Shown here: one piece after another, positions 28,096-41,575 of the stretch
Layout of the letters: the number at the start of each line of letters is the position of its first letter
Position numbering within the stretch: the first letter of the stretch is position 1
Source: Camelus ferus
Taxonomy: Eukaryota
Length of the DNA: 64,000 nucleotides
Direction: 5' to 3'
Assembly (NCBI RefSeq): GCF_009834535.1
Contig: NC_045696.1
Span: 29,638,001-29,702,000 of the forward strand
Notes under the pieces: generated by a model
Database searches by the model: none
The model's input: the letters and a program-made list of their open reading frames with translations, nothing else
What the model was told of the DNA's origin: nothing
Program-made: the position numbers and the translations under genes

Positions 28096-28517
28096 CTTTG
28101 GAAAAGTGCACAAGAAAGGAAATTGAAAAATTAAATCATCTTCCAGAAAAGCTCCTGTAATTAAGTAGCTGCTTTACTCTAATACAGAAAAAAAAAAAAA
28201 AAAAGGTATCATTAAGGAGGAATGATGTGAATAACTTCATTTATTGGTAGAAGTTACCTGGTATAATAAAGTCATTCTTATCTCAAATAAACTGAACTAA
28301 TCCAACATTTTTTCTTTTTCTAATTTCAAGCATCTTGGTATAAGAGAGAAAATATGATGGTTATGTTATTCTATGAGTATTTTAAAATCAGCATTATAGC
28401 AACTTCTATGTCTAAATAGTATAGTGAGGAAGTATTCCTACATCTCTCTCCTCTAACCTCTAAAAAATGAAAGAAAAATAATCAAAAACCAGCAAGCAAA
28501 ATAAAATTACCCTACAG

Positions 28518-28740
28518 CAGGCTTGGTACACTTTTCCTGTTAAGGAGCAGATAGTCAGTATTTAGGCTTTGCCAGACATACAGTCTCTGTCACAACTACT
28601 CAGCTGTGTCTCTGAAGCATGAAATTGGCCACAGATAATATGTAAATAAGTGGGTGTGGCTGTGTTCCAATAATACTTTATTTACAAAAGCAGATGGTGG
28701 GGCCAAATTTGGCTTATGGGCTGTAGGTTGCGTAGCCCTA
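28518..28740. mobile_element. hAT-Charlie MITE (MER58A-like)
   Basis: 8-bp TSD CCCTACAG / CCCTATAG (28510-28517, 28741-28748); internal GTCTCTGTCACAACTACTCAGC and GTGTGGCTGTGTTCCAATAA. Confidence 0.88.
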
Positions 28741-29239
28741 CCCTATAGCAACTAAGCATGGAAAGAACATACAACACATCTAATTACCAAAGCTAGTGGC
28801 CAGGAGAAGAAACCAAAGATTCTTTTCCAAGCAGGACAAAGAATAACACACAGCTGCTCCTGACCCTCTCCCAGATCCCCAGAGTCCATGTTTAGGACTG
28901 GTACGACACAAATATACTAGGTTCACTTATTAGCCCCAGATCTGGGGAGAAGCAAAGTAGGACACAATTGGTAAAACTAGGGAAGTGAAGCATGTGGTAG
29001 GTGCTCTCTGTCAGAAATGAAAGTTCCGGAACTATACAAGAATTAAGCAATGCCCATAAACTTCCTTGCACTTCCCTCATACTCTGAGGGGTGTGCAGTA
29101 AAAGTCCTAGAAGGATGGCATGAATCCAAATAGGGGACATACAGGGAATATACAAAATCTGAGATCTAACTAATGAAGAACACCTCAACTGAGCTGAACA
29201 GAAAAAGAATCTTTCTACAAATGTCTCACACGCTACTTC

Positions 29240-31560
29240 AACTTAAATAAAACTGAATTCAATAAAAATAAGAGCTGAGAGATTATACGATGAAGAAACA
29301 GAATGAGAAGTAAAATGAGACTTCAGACTCAAGGAAATAAAAACAGGAACAAAATACAGCATTAGAAAATAATAAATAAATCAGAATTGGCAAGGAACAA
29401 AATGTACATATAACAAAAGTAACAAATTATTAGGTGAATGAACAACTGTAAATTGATATTATTGAGCAGAGAAAAAAAAGACAAAGAAACTGAATATAGT
29501 CAAGAGAAGCTGAGACATGCAAAATTGACAAAAATGATCCAAATAAGGATAAATGGTGATTCTGAAGAACAGAACTAAATAAAATAAATATAAAAATATA
29601 AAACTGGACAAATTTTCCTATGGAATTAAGTCCATATATTAAAAAGAACACATCACGCTTTAAGAAAAAATTGGAAAACAAACAAATGCACAAACACACA
29701 CACACGCATAGCATCTCCCAGTTTAAACTACTGAAATTTAAAGGAGAAAGAAATAATTCTATGGACAACTGATATAAAAAAGTAATGGGAGGGGGCATTT
29801 TTTTTGCAAAGGAACATTATATTAAAGACCAAAAGATAACAAAGCTAAGCCCACACAATTCTGGGAGGCATAAGTAGTAATCTAAGGATATTATATAAGA
29901 CAAGTTCCTACTTAAGCCTAACAAATTCCTTAAATATTGCCAAATTAAAAAATAATTTAAAGTCTGTGACAATAATGAACCACTCTTGATGGGGAAAAAA
30001 GACTACTTTCTATAAAAAATCAGGCAATTAAAAATTAGGCAATTAGACTAAAAACACACACAGAGGAATGGACAGTCACTGTAGCTGAGTGGCTGAGCCG
30101 TGAGTCTTTAATTGTAGAACCATGGCTACACAATTGTGCAATCACGTGAATGTGATAATGAAAAAATAATCTCAATTGCCAAGTGAACATTTGATTTATT
30201 AAAAAACAAGAGATAAGTGAAAGAGAGATGGAATAAAGCACAAGAGTGGTCAGACATCTATTTGATTTTAACAGAGTTACTCAACATTGACTAAGATTGT
30301 CATCATTATTCTTTCTAATCTCTATTAATCTCAGGCACTTTAGGAAACAATATCTCAGCGTAAAGAAAGTTGTATGTGAATTTCAGCCATTTCTTTCATT
30401 TTACTTCAGTTTCTTTGCTTAAAATTAAAGTTAAATTTAACACACATTCATTTTCCTCATGTTTTATTATGTTATTCTATCTATCAAGTTATTTATCTAT
30501 CCTTTTATCTTATACAAGTATATAAAAATATCAAGAATGATGTTCTCTTAATATCAGTGATGATTTTTTTTTGGTGGGGTTTCTATTTACTGTCTCCCTT
30601 GAATTGTTCTAATTATTTATAACAAAGAAATATCATTTAAACAAAAATGTTTTTTTCTGAAACTATAAAAATTTTAGATTATCAAAACATCTACATAATC
30701 CTATAAAATATTCCATAAGAATTTTACCAGGTATGTAAAACTATGTTTATAAAATTTGAGGAACTGAAATAATTTGAAACAGATCAGTGGAACAAAACTG
30801 AGTTCCTGAAATAGCCTTGAACATATAAAGAAATTAAATACATCATAAAAGGACATTTCAAATCAGTAAGAAAAGGATGGCTTACCTAATAAAATACTGG
30901 AATCTATCTTAGTTTAAAAAAAGGATCTCTAAAACCAAAACAACTTTGAAAGTTCAAAGTTGTAAATATTAAATTACAAATAAACAAAACCAAGAGTTCA
31001 CAGAAAAAGAAGTACAAATGGCTAGTAAACACATGAAAAGATGCTCAAATTCATACAAAATTGAAAAAAGTACAAACCTAAATTTCCCAATTCCATTTTC
31101 TACCTAACTGACCAATAAACATGACAGTCTATGCAGGCAGAGTGCAGGGCCAGGAAAAAGACATTCCCAGATACTCTTCAATGGAATATAAATTAGAGAA
31201 CAATTTGGCATCAGCCATGAAAATTTCAGAATCACATTCTTTAACTAATTAACTCCATTTTTAGAAATTTATCCCTTGGATATATATCTATCACACAAAG
31301 AAGCAAAGACTCTATGTGTACAATGATAATCATTATCCATTATTTAAAATACCAAACCATGTAAAATAACCTACCTGTTCAACAAAAGAGATTGGCTGAA
31401 TTAACTGTAGAACATCCAAACAACAAATTACACATGATCCATTTGGTAGAATGAGGTAGAGAGAAATGTGCTAATATGGAAAGAGCCCCAAGATAGACAG
31501 CTTAGGGGAAAAAGTTACAGAGCAGTGTTTCACAAAGCATCTATTTATATCAAGAAATAT
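29240..31560 (+). mobile_element. Highly decayed L1-derived fragments
   Basis: A-rich. 30780-31500 retains ORF2 3' remnants (AGATCAGTGGAACAAAACTGAG, TACAAATGGCTAGTAAACACATGAAAAGATGCTCAA). The left part is only tentatively assigned. Confidence 0.55.
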
Positions 31561-33264
31561 ACACACAGCTACGGATGGCATGCAGATGGTATAGTCAAAG
31601 GGTCTCTTCCTCTGCACCAGAGGTGGGATTACAATGGGCTACGGCAGGCAGGAGCCTTAAGCCTCCCTAGTCCCACCACATGCACCACATTTGCTTCTAA
31701 GACAAGGAGAGATACAGCACAGAATTTGATCAGTGAAGCGCAGTACCAATGGGAGTGGTACATATGGGTGGAATATTTCATGTATGACCACCTTTTGTAC
31801 CATACATATAACACATAAATACATATGCCTACCTGTGAGCACATATGCCCATGGTTTTATAAAAATGCAAATTATATGTAATCAATTATTTGAAACAAAT
31901 TAACTTTTAATAAAATGATATAACCCCAGTCTCACTGGCAGTCCTTACTCCAGGGGACGCAAACTGAACCACCCACAGGAGCCAGACAGGTATCATAAAT
32001 ACTAGGAGCTGGTCCCTCACAAGAAACATAAAAGGGCAAGCCTAATAATAAAAGAATGACCAATGAGGCTGGCCTTAGAGTATGGAAAACAATCCAGAAG
32101 GGACTTAGGTGAGATGGAGAGCACAAAACCCATCGAAAAGTGACACTATCTATTTAAAAGCTATTGTTACCAAACATTTGCCAAATCAAGTAATTATTCA
32201 AGAATAAAAAAATTCCAGATTTTTCTATAAACTTTCCCTAATTTAACACTGGCAACTGTGTCAAAATGCTTCAAATACTGAGCTGAACCAAAACAAACAA
32301 ACAAACAAACAAAAAACCAAAAAAACCCCTCAATCTATAGATCTAATGAGAAACTGGTATGCAAACTCTCATACTCTCCAGAAAATGACTTTTACCTCTT
32401 ACAGTTATCATTCAGCTATAGTGTATGGAAATTCTAATCTACATTAAACAACATAAGCAACAACATTCAATAAAACAATCCAACAGTAAGGAACAATCAA
32501 CAAAGAAATCTAGAGTTAGGGTAAAAAAAAAATAATAATACAGACATACATAACATCATAAAAAAATACTGATTTTTTAAAAAACCATCAACTTTGAGAG
32601 GGCACATAAATGTGGCAATAATTTTATTGTCAATGTGGTTATAATATTTTTAAAACATAATTTTAGATTTATTTAAAGTTTAAGTTTAAAAAGTAATCAT
32701 TCGTAAGAAGTTTCACAGGATATGTACAAATGTCCTATTTATTAAAAATTGAACAGAAACAGGATTATAGCATGATTTTACTTTAACTAAATATCTTGAC
32801 TTCCTCAAGGTCAGCCCTATAGCTCTGCTACAGAAATACACATTCCACTTTGAAATCACTGTGGCTCGAAAAAGAAAGTGCCTGAGGATACAGCAAGCTC
32901 ATCATGCCTGTGCCCTCTCCTACTACAGTCGTCTCTCTTAATATTCTGCTATGAATTTACAGAATATTTAAAAACTGGGTCAAATTCTTGGTAACCAAGA
33001 ACATAAAATGAAGTTAGTATTGCAACTAGCATTTTGTACAGATATAAAAATATCATCAGATTTGATCTCTACATTGATGTTTCTAATCCTCTTTTTAGAA
33101 CTAAAGGAATAGGGGCACAGATAAATATGCAAGCTGCCCAAGGTCAAGAAGGTAATAAGCAACAGAGATATAGCATCATTCATCACAAAATGTATACCTT
33201 AAGTAAATCAAGAGACAAGAATCTCAAATTAAAAGTCAAATTTTCCTTTTAAAGAAAGCCCTTT

Positions 33265-33637
33265 AGTGAAGTAAGCCAGAAAGAGAAAGAAAAATACCAT
33301 ATGAGATCGCTCATATGTGGAATCTGAAGAAAAAAAACTAGAACATAAATACAAAACAGAAACAGACTCATAGACATAGAATACAAACTTGTGGTTGCCA
33401 AGTGGGAGGAGGGTGGGAAGGGACAGACTGGGATTTCAAAATGTAGAATAGATAAACAAGATTATACTGTATAGCACAGGGAAATATATACAAGATCTTG
33501 TGGTAGCTCACAGTGAAAAAAAAAAGTGACAATGAATATATGTATGATCATCTATAACTGAAAAATTGTGCTCTACACTGGAAATGGACACAACATTGTA
33601 AAATGACTATAACTCAATAAAAAATGTTAAAAAAAAA
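33265..33637 (+). mobile_element. 5'-truncated young LINE-1 (end of ORF2, 3' UTR, poly-A)
   Basis: Begins AGTGAAGTAAGCCAGAAAGAGAAAGAAAAATACCATATGAGATCGCTCATATGTGGAATCT, matching the end of ORF2 in the full-length copy. Degenerate TSD AAAGAAAGCCCTTTA (33251-33265) / AAAGAAAGTTCTTTA (33635-33649). Confidence 0.93.
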
Positions 33638-35328
33638 GAAAGTTCTTTATGTTTTACTCATAAAGCTATTAATCTTAATAATTAATCTTAAATAATGATT
33701 AATCTTAATAATTAATAGAATCAGCTAAGTCTCTAGAAATAAACAGTGTAAGTTCAAATCCTGACTGTTATATACTATATGTGACCTTGAACAAATCACT
33801 TAACCTCCTTTTCCTTAATTTCTTCCCCTGTTAAGTGGGGGAACCACATAGTTTATAAGGAATCAATGAAATCATACTAGGAGTCATCCCCACAGTAGTC
33901 AGCAAGCACTTGATAATTGTAAGCTGTAACTTTTCACCACCTCAGTGACAGGCAATGCTGTAATATATTTTTTAATTTATTAATTTTTTTAACTTATAAT
34001 ATTTGTTTAGACTTTAATGTGCATGTTAATTATTAGCAAACATGAGGGATTATTTCTCCTTAAATTCCAAAAGTGTTTGAGAACCCTTATCATTTCTTCC
34101 TGCTGTGAAAAATTGCAAATATAGGCAATATAGGCATATTAAGACATAACACATACTAGGTACTCCATCTTAACTTGAATGTACGGATTATAAAACATTT
34201 GGAAGAAAGTTTTAAAAATTGGATTGATCGGGGGTGGGAGGGAATAGTCACTTTAGGAAAGTAACAAAAGATAAATTCAGAAAAAAAAATGAAACAGACT
34301 AAAATCTTTGTTCTCCTATAAGACAGTTCATCCTAGATCTGTACTGAAGTTCTAATTTCAGGCAAGGTCTGAACACAGGAGATAGGTCAGGGAAGAAGGA
34401 TCATACCTTATCTGGAAATGCCTAGGATGTACAATTCTTTCTCAAGTGCTTCTGAGTGGGCCTGAAATCCTAGGAAGCCATGGGGGAAATCCTTTCCTTG
34501 CTAGCTTAATTCTCAAGATTTTATATTGTCATCTGCTTCCTAGGGGAAACTTAGATTAGAGGCAAGAAAAAGCACAGAAGTAAAAAAAAAAAAAAAGCTC
34601 AACAGAAATTTTTAATAACTAAAAATGGGGAAATAAGGTTAAAGGAGGGAGGAATGGAATTTTTTTTGAAAGAAAAAAGTATCTTTTTAAATCAGCCTTT
34701 AAAAAGACCTCAAGGTGACTAGCAAAAACTCTTCTTGAAGCAAAAAATATCTGCAATGTACAAAATTATCTACCTGTTAAGTCTGTCAAATAGAAGAATG
34801 GGCATTTGAGACTTTAAAGTGAATAGTTTCTGTGCCTTAATCAAGGATAAGTATTCAACAACAACAAAAAACACAGCATCTTTATTACAGGGTAAAAATT
34901 ACTTATTGTATGCTAATGATTCAGTTACATAAAATTAGATTCTTTCTTTAAGAACATCAGTCCAACAGAAGACTGTTCAACTCAGGACAGGATAGGGCTG
35001 AGATAAGCAAGTGTTAATACAAGAATAAGCAAGACAACAGAAGGAACTACTGGGAGAAGAGGAGATTAGAGAAGGCTTCAAAAAGTGGCTGGCATTTGTG
35101 CTATACCTTGAAGGATGAGTAGTATATTTTGACAGTTGGAGAAAAGACAAGAGAAGAACACTACATGTGTAAAAATGAAGGTGGTTCTCGTGGCCATGAT
35201 GACTAGCTGCATGTGGCCAGAGCAGGAGGATGGATAGAAATCTAGTGGTCAGTCAGGATGAAAAGATGGTTTTCAGTTAGATAATAAATTAAATAAAAAA
35301 TAAAAACCTTTAGGACTTTACAGAGGAG

Positions 35329-35606
35329 TGGGAGGGTACAGCTTAGTGGTAGAGTACATGCTTAGCATGCACAAGGTCCTGGGTTCAATCCCCAGTACCT
35401 CCATTAAATAAACCTAATTACCTCCCCCCACCCACCCCCAAAAAAAGTTAATATAAGAGAATGTGACAATGAATGTATGTACGTTCATGTATAACTGAAA
35501 AATTGTGCTCTACACTGGAACTTGACGCAACATTGTAAAATGACTATAACCCAATAAAAAAAATACACACACACAAAAAGTTAATATAAAAAAATTTTTT
35601 AAAAAA
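35329..35606 (+). mobile_element. tRNA-derived SINE (Vic-1-like, camelid) with a nested L1 fragment in its tail
   Basis: A box CAGCTTAGTGG, B box GGTTCAATCCC, then AATAAACCTAATTACCTCCCC and an A-rich tail. TSD GACTTTACAGAGGAG (35314-35328) / GACTTGACAGAGGAG (35607-35621). Confidence 0.9.
35457..35574 (+). mobile_element. Very short L1 3'-end insertion nested in the SINE tail
   Basis: Matches the last ~110 bp of the L1 3' UTR seen at ~33525-33625. Has its own perfect TSD AAAAAGTTAATATAA (35442-35456 / 35575-35589). Confidence 0.9.
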
Positions 35607-37399
35607 GACTTGACAGAGGAGACAACTAATACAATCAGAGACATGCTTTAAAGGGAGCAGTATGAAGGATGAATTTCAGTAGGCAGAATCCGGAGATTAA
35701 TGAAGTCTTTATTAAGTAGACTGAACAGGGTTTTGTGGATTCTTTTGTTATATAAGACTGAGCAATGAAAATAATTTAAAAATTGATATCATAGTAGACA
35801 TAGTTTCTTATTTTTGAATGCTGTTCCTTATTTTTAAATATTTCAATGTATTAATAAATAAATACATAATTTTCAAAATTTCATTTAAAATTTTACTGAC
35901 ATTTCTCATCTGTATCCAAGTTAACATACACTCTAAACTTCATTTATCAGGCAACAGTAAAAATGGGGCCATTTAATTAAAAGTGACAAACAAGGGTTGG
36001 TAAAATCTACCCATTTATTCCACAAATATTACTAAGCATCTACTATATATTTAGTTATGCTAGTCACTGAGAACATAGAGATGAAAGACATTAGAGACTC
36101 TATGCCTTCAAGACATTATTTATTACACTAAAGAGATAATAGAGCAAAAAACAAAGGGTGAGAAAGCATAGTATAAGGCACTTATAATGGTTTATAACCC
36201 AAAAACAGAAGTATAATGTAAATTCCACAAAGACAAGGAAAATTATCTGTTTTGCACATTGATGTATACAAGCACCTAAAATAGTGGCACATATTAAGCA
36301 CTCAATGAACAAATATTTAGTGAGCACCTATTACTTGCCAGACTGTGGTAGGCAATTGTGATAAAATGGTTTGATTTAGGTTTAAGATTAGGATTATTAT
36401 GCCTGAATTTGAATCCCAATCCTACCTCTTAACTGTACCTAAGACTAAATTTTTCAATCGGAAATGAGAATAACAGAACATATTTCATATGATAATCAAA
36501 TGATAATCAAATGAGGTAACATACCTAAAATGCTTAGCATATTATCTTTCACATGAAATGATGAATAAACACAATATTAGGACAATTAATATATTCAATA
36601 CAATTGCCGGATTTGAAAGCAACATAGAAAAATCAATAGCCTTTTAAAATATAAGAAAGATACAATCCACTCTAACTGTATGAGATCAATTGCTCACTCA
36701 GTCCCACTGGCCCTCCAGGATTTGTGCACTCATTTGACTGGAACTATGAAGGCTATAGCTTGCAAGCAGCTCCTGGAAGAGGCCAGGCATTACAACTGGG
36801 ATGTGTGGAGAAAAAAAGGCCAAAGTTTTAAAGGGACACACTTTAATCCATGAGATAGAAAATGGGAAGCAGTCCTCAGATAAATCCCTAACTCTTGCTC
36901 CTGTAGGTCCTGTGTGACTAAACAACCAAGTTTGTAAGGAAATACATGATCTCACATAGGACGCTGATTCACTGACTTGGATGTTCTATCAAGATCAAAC
37001 GTATGGAGCTAGAAAAGTAAATAGGAAACCAGGGTAGATGATGGCCCAGTCAAGACACCTATTGTTGCCAGAAGCCAAAACACATCCCCCTCAGCAGTCA
37101 GTGCTACTTAAGAAGAATGCAGACTATTCTGTGCTTTCGGTCTATTCTGGAGAACTGATAAAAACTGAGTGGAAGACCATTCATTCCCATCAATCTCACT
37201 TCTACTCAAACTGATACTTACATGCATGTCTGTGGTTTTTAATTCAAGTAGCTTTTCTATCACAACCCTATGTTCATAAGATTTGGGACAAGATGTTAAA
37301 GAAATGAGTTCTTTCACACAAGAAATCAGTCTAAGACTAATTGGTATGGGCCACGTACTACGTTCCAGGCATGACACACTATAGAAAGGACTTCAGATT

Positions 37400-37540
37400 T
37401 TAGAAATAAAGGATTGGGTTCTATTGCTAGGCCCATTAGCAAACTGACCTTAGATTTTTCACTTAATGATCTCAGAGTTTCAGCCTCCTCATTTATAAAA
37501 CAGGAAGATAATGCCACTGACATTAGGATTATCATGCTTA
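37400..37540 (+). mobile_element. MIR SINE fragment
   Basis: TGACCTTAG...TCACTTAATGATCTCAGAGTTTCAGCCTCCTCATTTATAAAACAGG. Confidence 0.6.
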
Positions 37541-38071
37541 TATATTACTGGTCCACCAAAAATAAATTACTTTATGGCATACCTCATCTTTCCTTTTTTT
37601 TCAGACAAGAAATCAAGAGATTTCTAAGTAGAAAACAAAAACAAAAACCTTGAAAAAATACAATAGTTATATCATGCTCATAATAATACAGTAATAAAAT
37701 TTAAATGTTAATTCAGTCACAACCAAACATTAAGTGCATTACTAAATTTAACCTTTTGTAAAAAATCTTACTTATTTTGTACCACCTCTAAAACATAATT
37801 AAATGTACTGTAGACAATCAGATAAAAATCTATCCTCAGATCATACTTAAGAGTAAATAATTGATTTCTTATTTTTTGATGTTAAAGAATAAAAACTATT
37901 TAAATAATAATTTTGTACTTACTTGGCCTAAAGTTAGAAGTAATTTTGGCTACTTTGAGTTTCCAATTAATAAAATTTATAGAGAAATTATGATTATGTA
38001 GAAATCATTCAATCTTACTTTTTGGGAAGAGGAGAATGAGGTCAATTCAAAACTGTTAAAAGTTAACTTTT

Positions 38072-38204
38072 GTTTATTTTTATTTATATTTTTGGGGGGG
38101 AGTAATTAGTTTTATTTATTTTTTTGATGGAGGTACTGGGGATTGAACCTAGGACCTTTTCCGGGCCAAGCTCATGCTCTACCACTGAGTTACATCTTCC
38201 CCCC
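38072..38204 (-). mobile_element. tRNA-derived SINE (Vic-1-like, camelid)
   Basis: The reverse complement has an A box (TAACTCAGTGG), a B box (GGTTCAATCCC) and a 3' part similar to the 35329 copy. Perfect TSD TAAAAGTTAACTTTT (38057-38071 / 38205-38219). Confidence 0.92.
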
Positions 38205-40524
38205 TAAAAGTTAACTTTTAAAAGTGAAAGTTGCTACTATTTAAAATTGTGTCCTGAAAGTAAATGATGGCTATTATTTATTAAATGTTCTTTCTTAATT
38301 CTGGTACTAGGCCATAGAGTTGAGGGGTGAAGGGAGATCATGGCTGAGATCCTAACAGATCTAAATCCTTCAGAACCAAAAACATAAAATGTTCTTATTC
38401 AATTAATGAAAAACTAAAAATACTTCACTTGGTGGTATTACTTAGAAAGCCCTATACAACTCCATATTTATTTTAATAGTGTAAGTGTTTATGTCTAGAA
38501 TTCAACATTTAGGATAATGGAAATGACACTTAATGACACAACTAAAAGAATCTACTATACAGCCATTAATGTAAACATATTTTGAATTTTTAACAGATTA
38601 ATTAATTAGAATAAATTAACAAAATGTAGCTAGAAATTAATTTTAATCACTGTGTCTTGTCTCTTGGCTGCAAACAAATTAATAATATATTGCCCTTGCA
38701 GTTTACCAAGGTATGATTAATGGTCAATATTAAAATTTCTGGGGTCTTCTGGCAATGTAAAAACCTGACTGCCTAACTAGAAAAAAAAAATCATCTGAAT
38801 GTAATAAATCAGAATTACTGAAGGTAAGCCCTGTGAGATGGCCCATCTGGTCAGGCCTGGAAGTGTCAAGCATTGTCCCAAGCACTTTAAGCAGCCAGCC
38901 TCTTTATCGGCCACTCTCTTTCCGGTCACGCTCCTGTTCACGTCTTTGCTACATGCTCTGCTGATTACCTTGGAAAAGGGCAATGCTGTAACTGTTCAAC
39001 TGACCTTTCAGTTTATTTTCTCTTGTGTAATATGAAACATGAGCTAACACAGTCTTAGTCTACTGATTTTTAGGAAGAAATCTAGCTTAATGTTTCAACA
39101 GTTCTTGGCTCAAATAGCACTCTGCTCTGTGGTCAGGTTTCTCTTTTTGGAAAAATTACATGGCAAAGACCAGAGGTTGGGGCTAGAGAGGGGCTTTAGG
39201 TCTTCTACAATGTAAACCACAGCCTGCACAATAGCTATGCTCCTGAGAATGTGTGGGCAACCAACCTGCCGGAAAGCAATTCTAATCTTTTAAATCACTA
39301 GGAGAAACTTGTTCTTAATATAATTCATTGTTTCAATAAATAGATTAAAAGCCATGATGGTTATGTCCTTTTGTCTTTTAATATGAAGGCCATTGTTACT
39401 CAAACATTCTCAAAAATTCTACAGTCACTAAAAGGAAGTATGATGAGTACAGATGAAGAAACAAGAGGTTAAGCAATTTTTGCCCAAGGACACACAGTTA
39501 TTAAGTGGGTGAAGCTAGAATATAAATCCAAGACTTTGCTTCCAGAGTATCTGTGCTTCACTGGTACTCATAATAGTACACAATAAACTCTGCAGTTTAC
39601 AGTTTTACAGCTGCTTTGGACTTCTATACTAAATTTACATTATCTGTTACTTAGTATTTGTGAAATAATTTTCACATGGTAAATTTTTGATAAAAAAAAA
39701 CTTCTATTATACGTTAGAATGTTGCAAATGCTCAAAAATAGAACCATCAGAAAACACACTTAAAAAAATTAAAACTTGTCGTATTTACACTAACTAAACA
39801 AAACGACAAAGCATTTTTTCCCTATTTTACTGTTTAAAGTCTAACAAAAAACAAATTCACACTGGTGCTGATTCTAATTGCCCAGAGAATTTTATCTGAA
39901 AGCAGGTATATCTGTCACAATGAACCTGAATTAACTGAGTTAAAGCAAAATATGCAAAAAGTACTATTTACACCCCTGAAGTATAGTTTCAAACCAAATG
40001 GTCATTATACGAATTATAAGATAAAAACTAATGAACACTAATTTTTCATCTACAGATCACCAAAAATCAGAAAGCTTATATATTGGCATGTGGCAAATGA
40101 ACAAACCCAATCACACTTTTGAATTTATTAAATACAGCCAGAGAACCATGGACTTTATCTTCGTGAACATTTTTATATTAGGAACAGGATAAATGAATCA
40201 ATTTTCACTTTGACAATGGCACAGGACACACTATACTAATATATATCAAAGAATCCTAGGAGATATATATATATATATATATAAATATATAATTTCCAAC
40301 AAAAAATCCACATCTTTTGGACTAAATCACCATGAAATATCAAAGGTCTATCAAACACCTTGACAGATTTTTGCCTTTACCGAGGGAGACAAAGGTTTCA
40401 AAATTCTGTCAGCTACAAAACCAAAAGATCAAAGAGCTTTCATAGTGACTCCTAACATATTGGCAAGTTCTCTTTTAAGTTATAAAAATCCAAGTTTCAT
40501 ATCTATATCCATCTATCTATGTGT

Positions 40525-40547
40525 ACACACACACACACACACACACA
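40525..40547. repeat. (CA)n microsatellite
   Basis: About 11 CA units, read directly. Confidence 0.9.
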
Positions 40548-41399
40548 TTTCTTTTTTACATCCAATGTCCCAAACAGAATAGGTATGAAAGCACAGAATA
40601 GTTTGGCAAGTAGAGTAGTCTGCTATATTGTCTGCATGTCTCAGTTTATTACTTTTATTCTTTTAAATATTTACCCAAATTGAGATTGAGGTAAAGGATT
40701 TAAATATTACTGAGCAATAATACTCTGTAGGCTTTGTAATGAAGTGCAGATGTAAAATAACATTTATAAATATCACTTACCTATATTAGCAAGAGTCTTT
40801 GCACCAAATTAAACTACCATAACCAAGACCATAATGCTGTAAGTAGATTTGAAAGAAAACTCAAAGTTAAATTCCATTCAAGTACAGCTAAATCTGTTTG
40901 CTAATAATGCCACCCTGATCCTTAACTTAGTAGCCTATTCAGCATCACTAAATGGAAACTTTAAGCTCATCTAGAACTCTTATTGCTTCTGGGCCACTGT
41001 TTTCCTACTCAGTGTTCTCAAAATGCTCTGGCCAGATCACATAGTAGTACTGATAATTAAAGCCTGCTCATAATCAAAACTACTGGACTTGACAACTCAC
41101 ATAAGCTCCTTATTACTCAGAGATCAACCTTTCCCAAGGCTGGGTTCACAAAGAGCTTTGACCAAATTGCCCCAATGGTATAATCATACACTATTATAAG
41201 CTTCTCTGCTGACACTTTATCCCACCACATTATAGATGCCATAAAGCCAAGGATTACCTTTTGTTTAATTTTATATTCTCAACATCTAGTACAGCATCCA
41301 TTAAGAATGGGGATTGAACAAATGGTTCTCTCAATACGTTTCATCATGGAGTATCTATAATAGTAGAAAATGTCAACAACCTGTGGTGATTTCAGTGAT

Positions 41400-41575
41400 A
41401 ACTGCTACCTATTATGGAGCACCTACTATGTGCTAAGTGCTCTACAAACAATATCTCATTCAATTCTATGTGTTGAGAATTCTATACTTATTACACAAAT
41501 GAAGTACCCAAGGATCAGACATGTTAAGTAACTTGACCAAGATCACCCCCCAAATTATTGGCAGAACCAGAATTT
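41400..41575 (-). mobile_element. MIR SINE whose end was the target of the full-length L1
   Basis: GAGCACCTACTATGTGCTAAG...GTTAAGTAACTTGACCAAGATCAC...GGCAGAACCAGAATT is the MIR core pattern. Confidence 0.75.

Noticed and set aside
33667..33716. Repeated ATTAATCTTAAT units resembling a small array
   Set aside because: A short AT-rich slippage repeat with no spacers; not CRISPR-like, and the DNA is mammalian.
35329..35402. tRNA-Ala-like sequence (and its counterpart at ~38130-38204)
   Set aside because: Followed by a SINE 3' body, A-rich tail and TSDs, so it is a SINE head rather than a tRNA gene.
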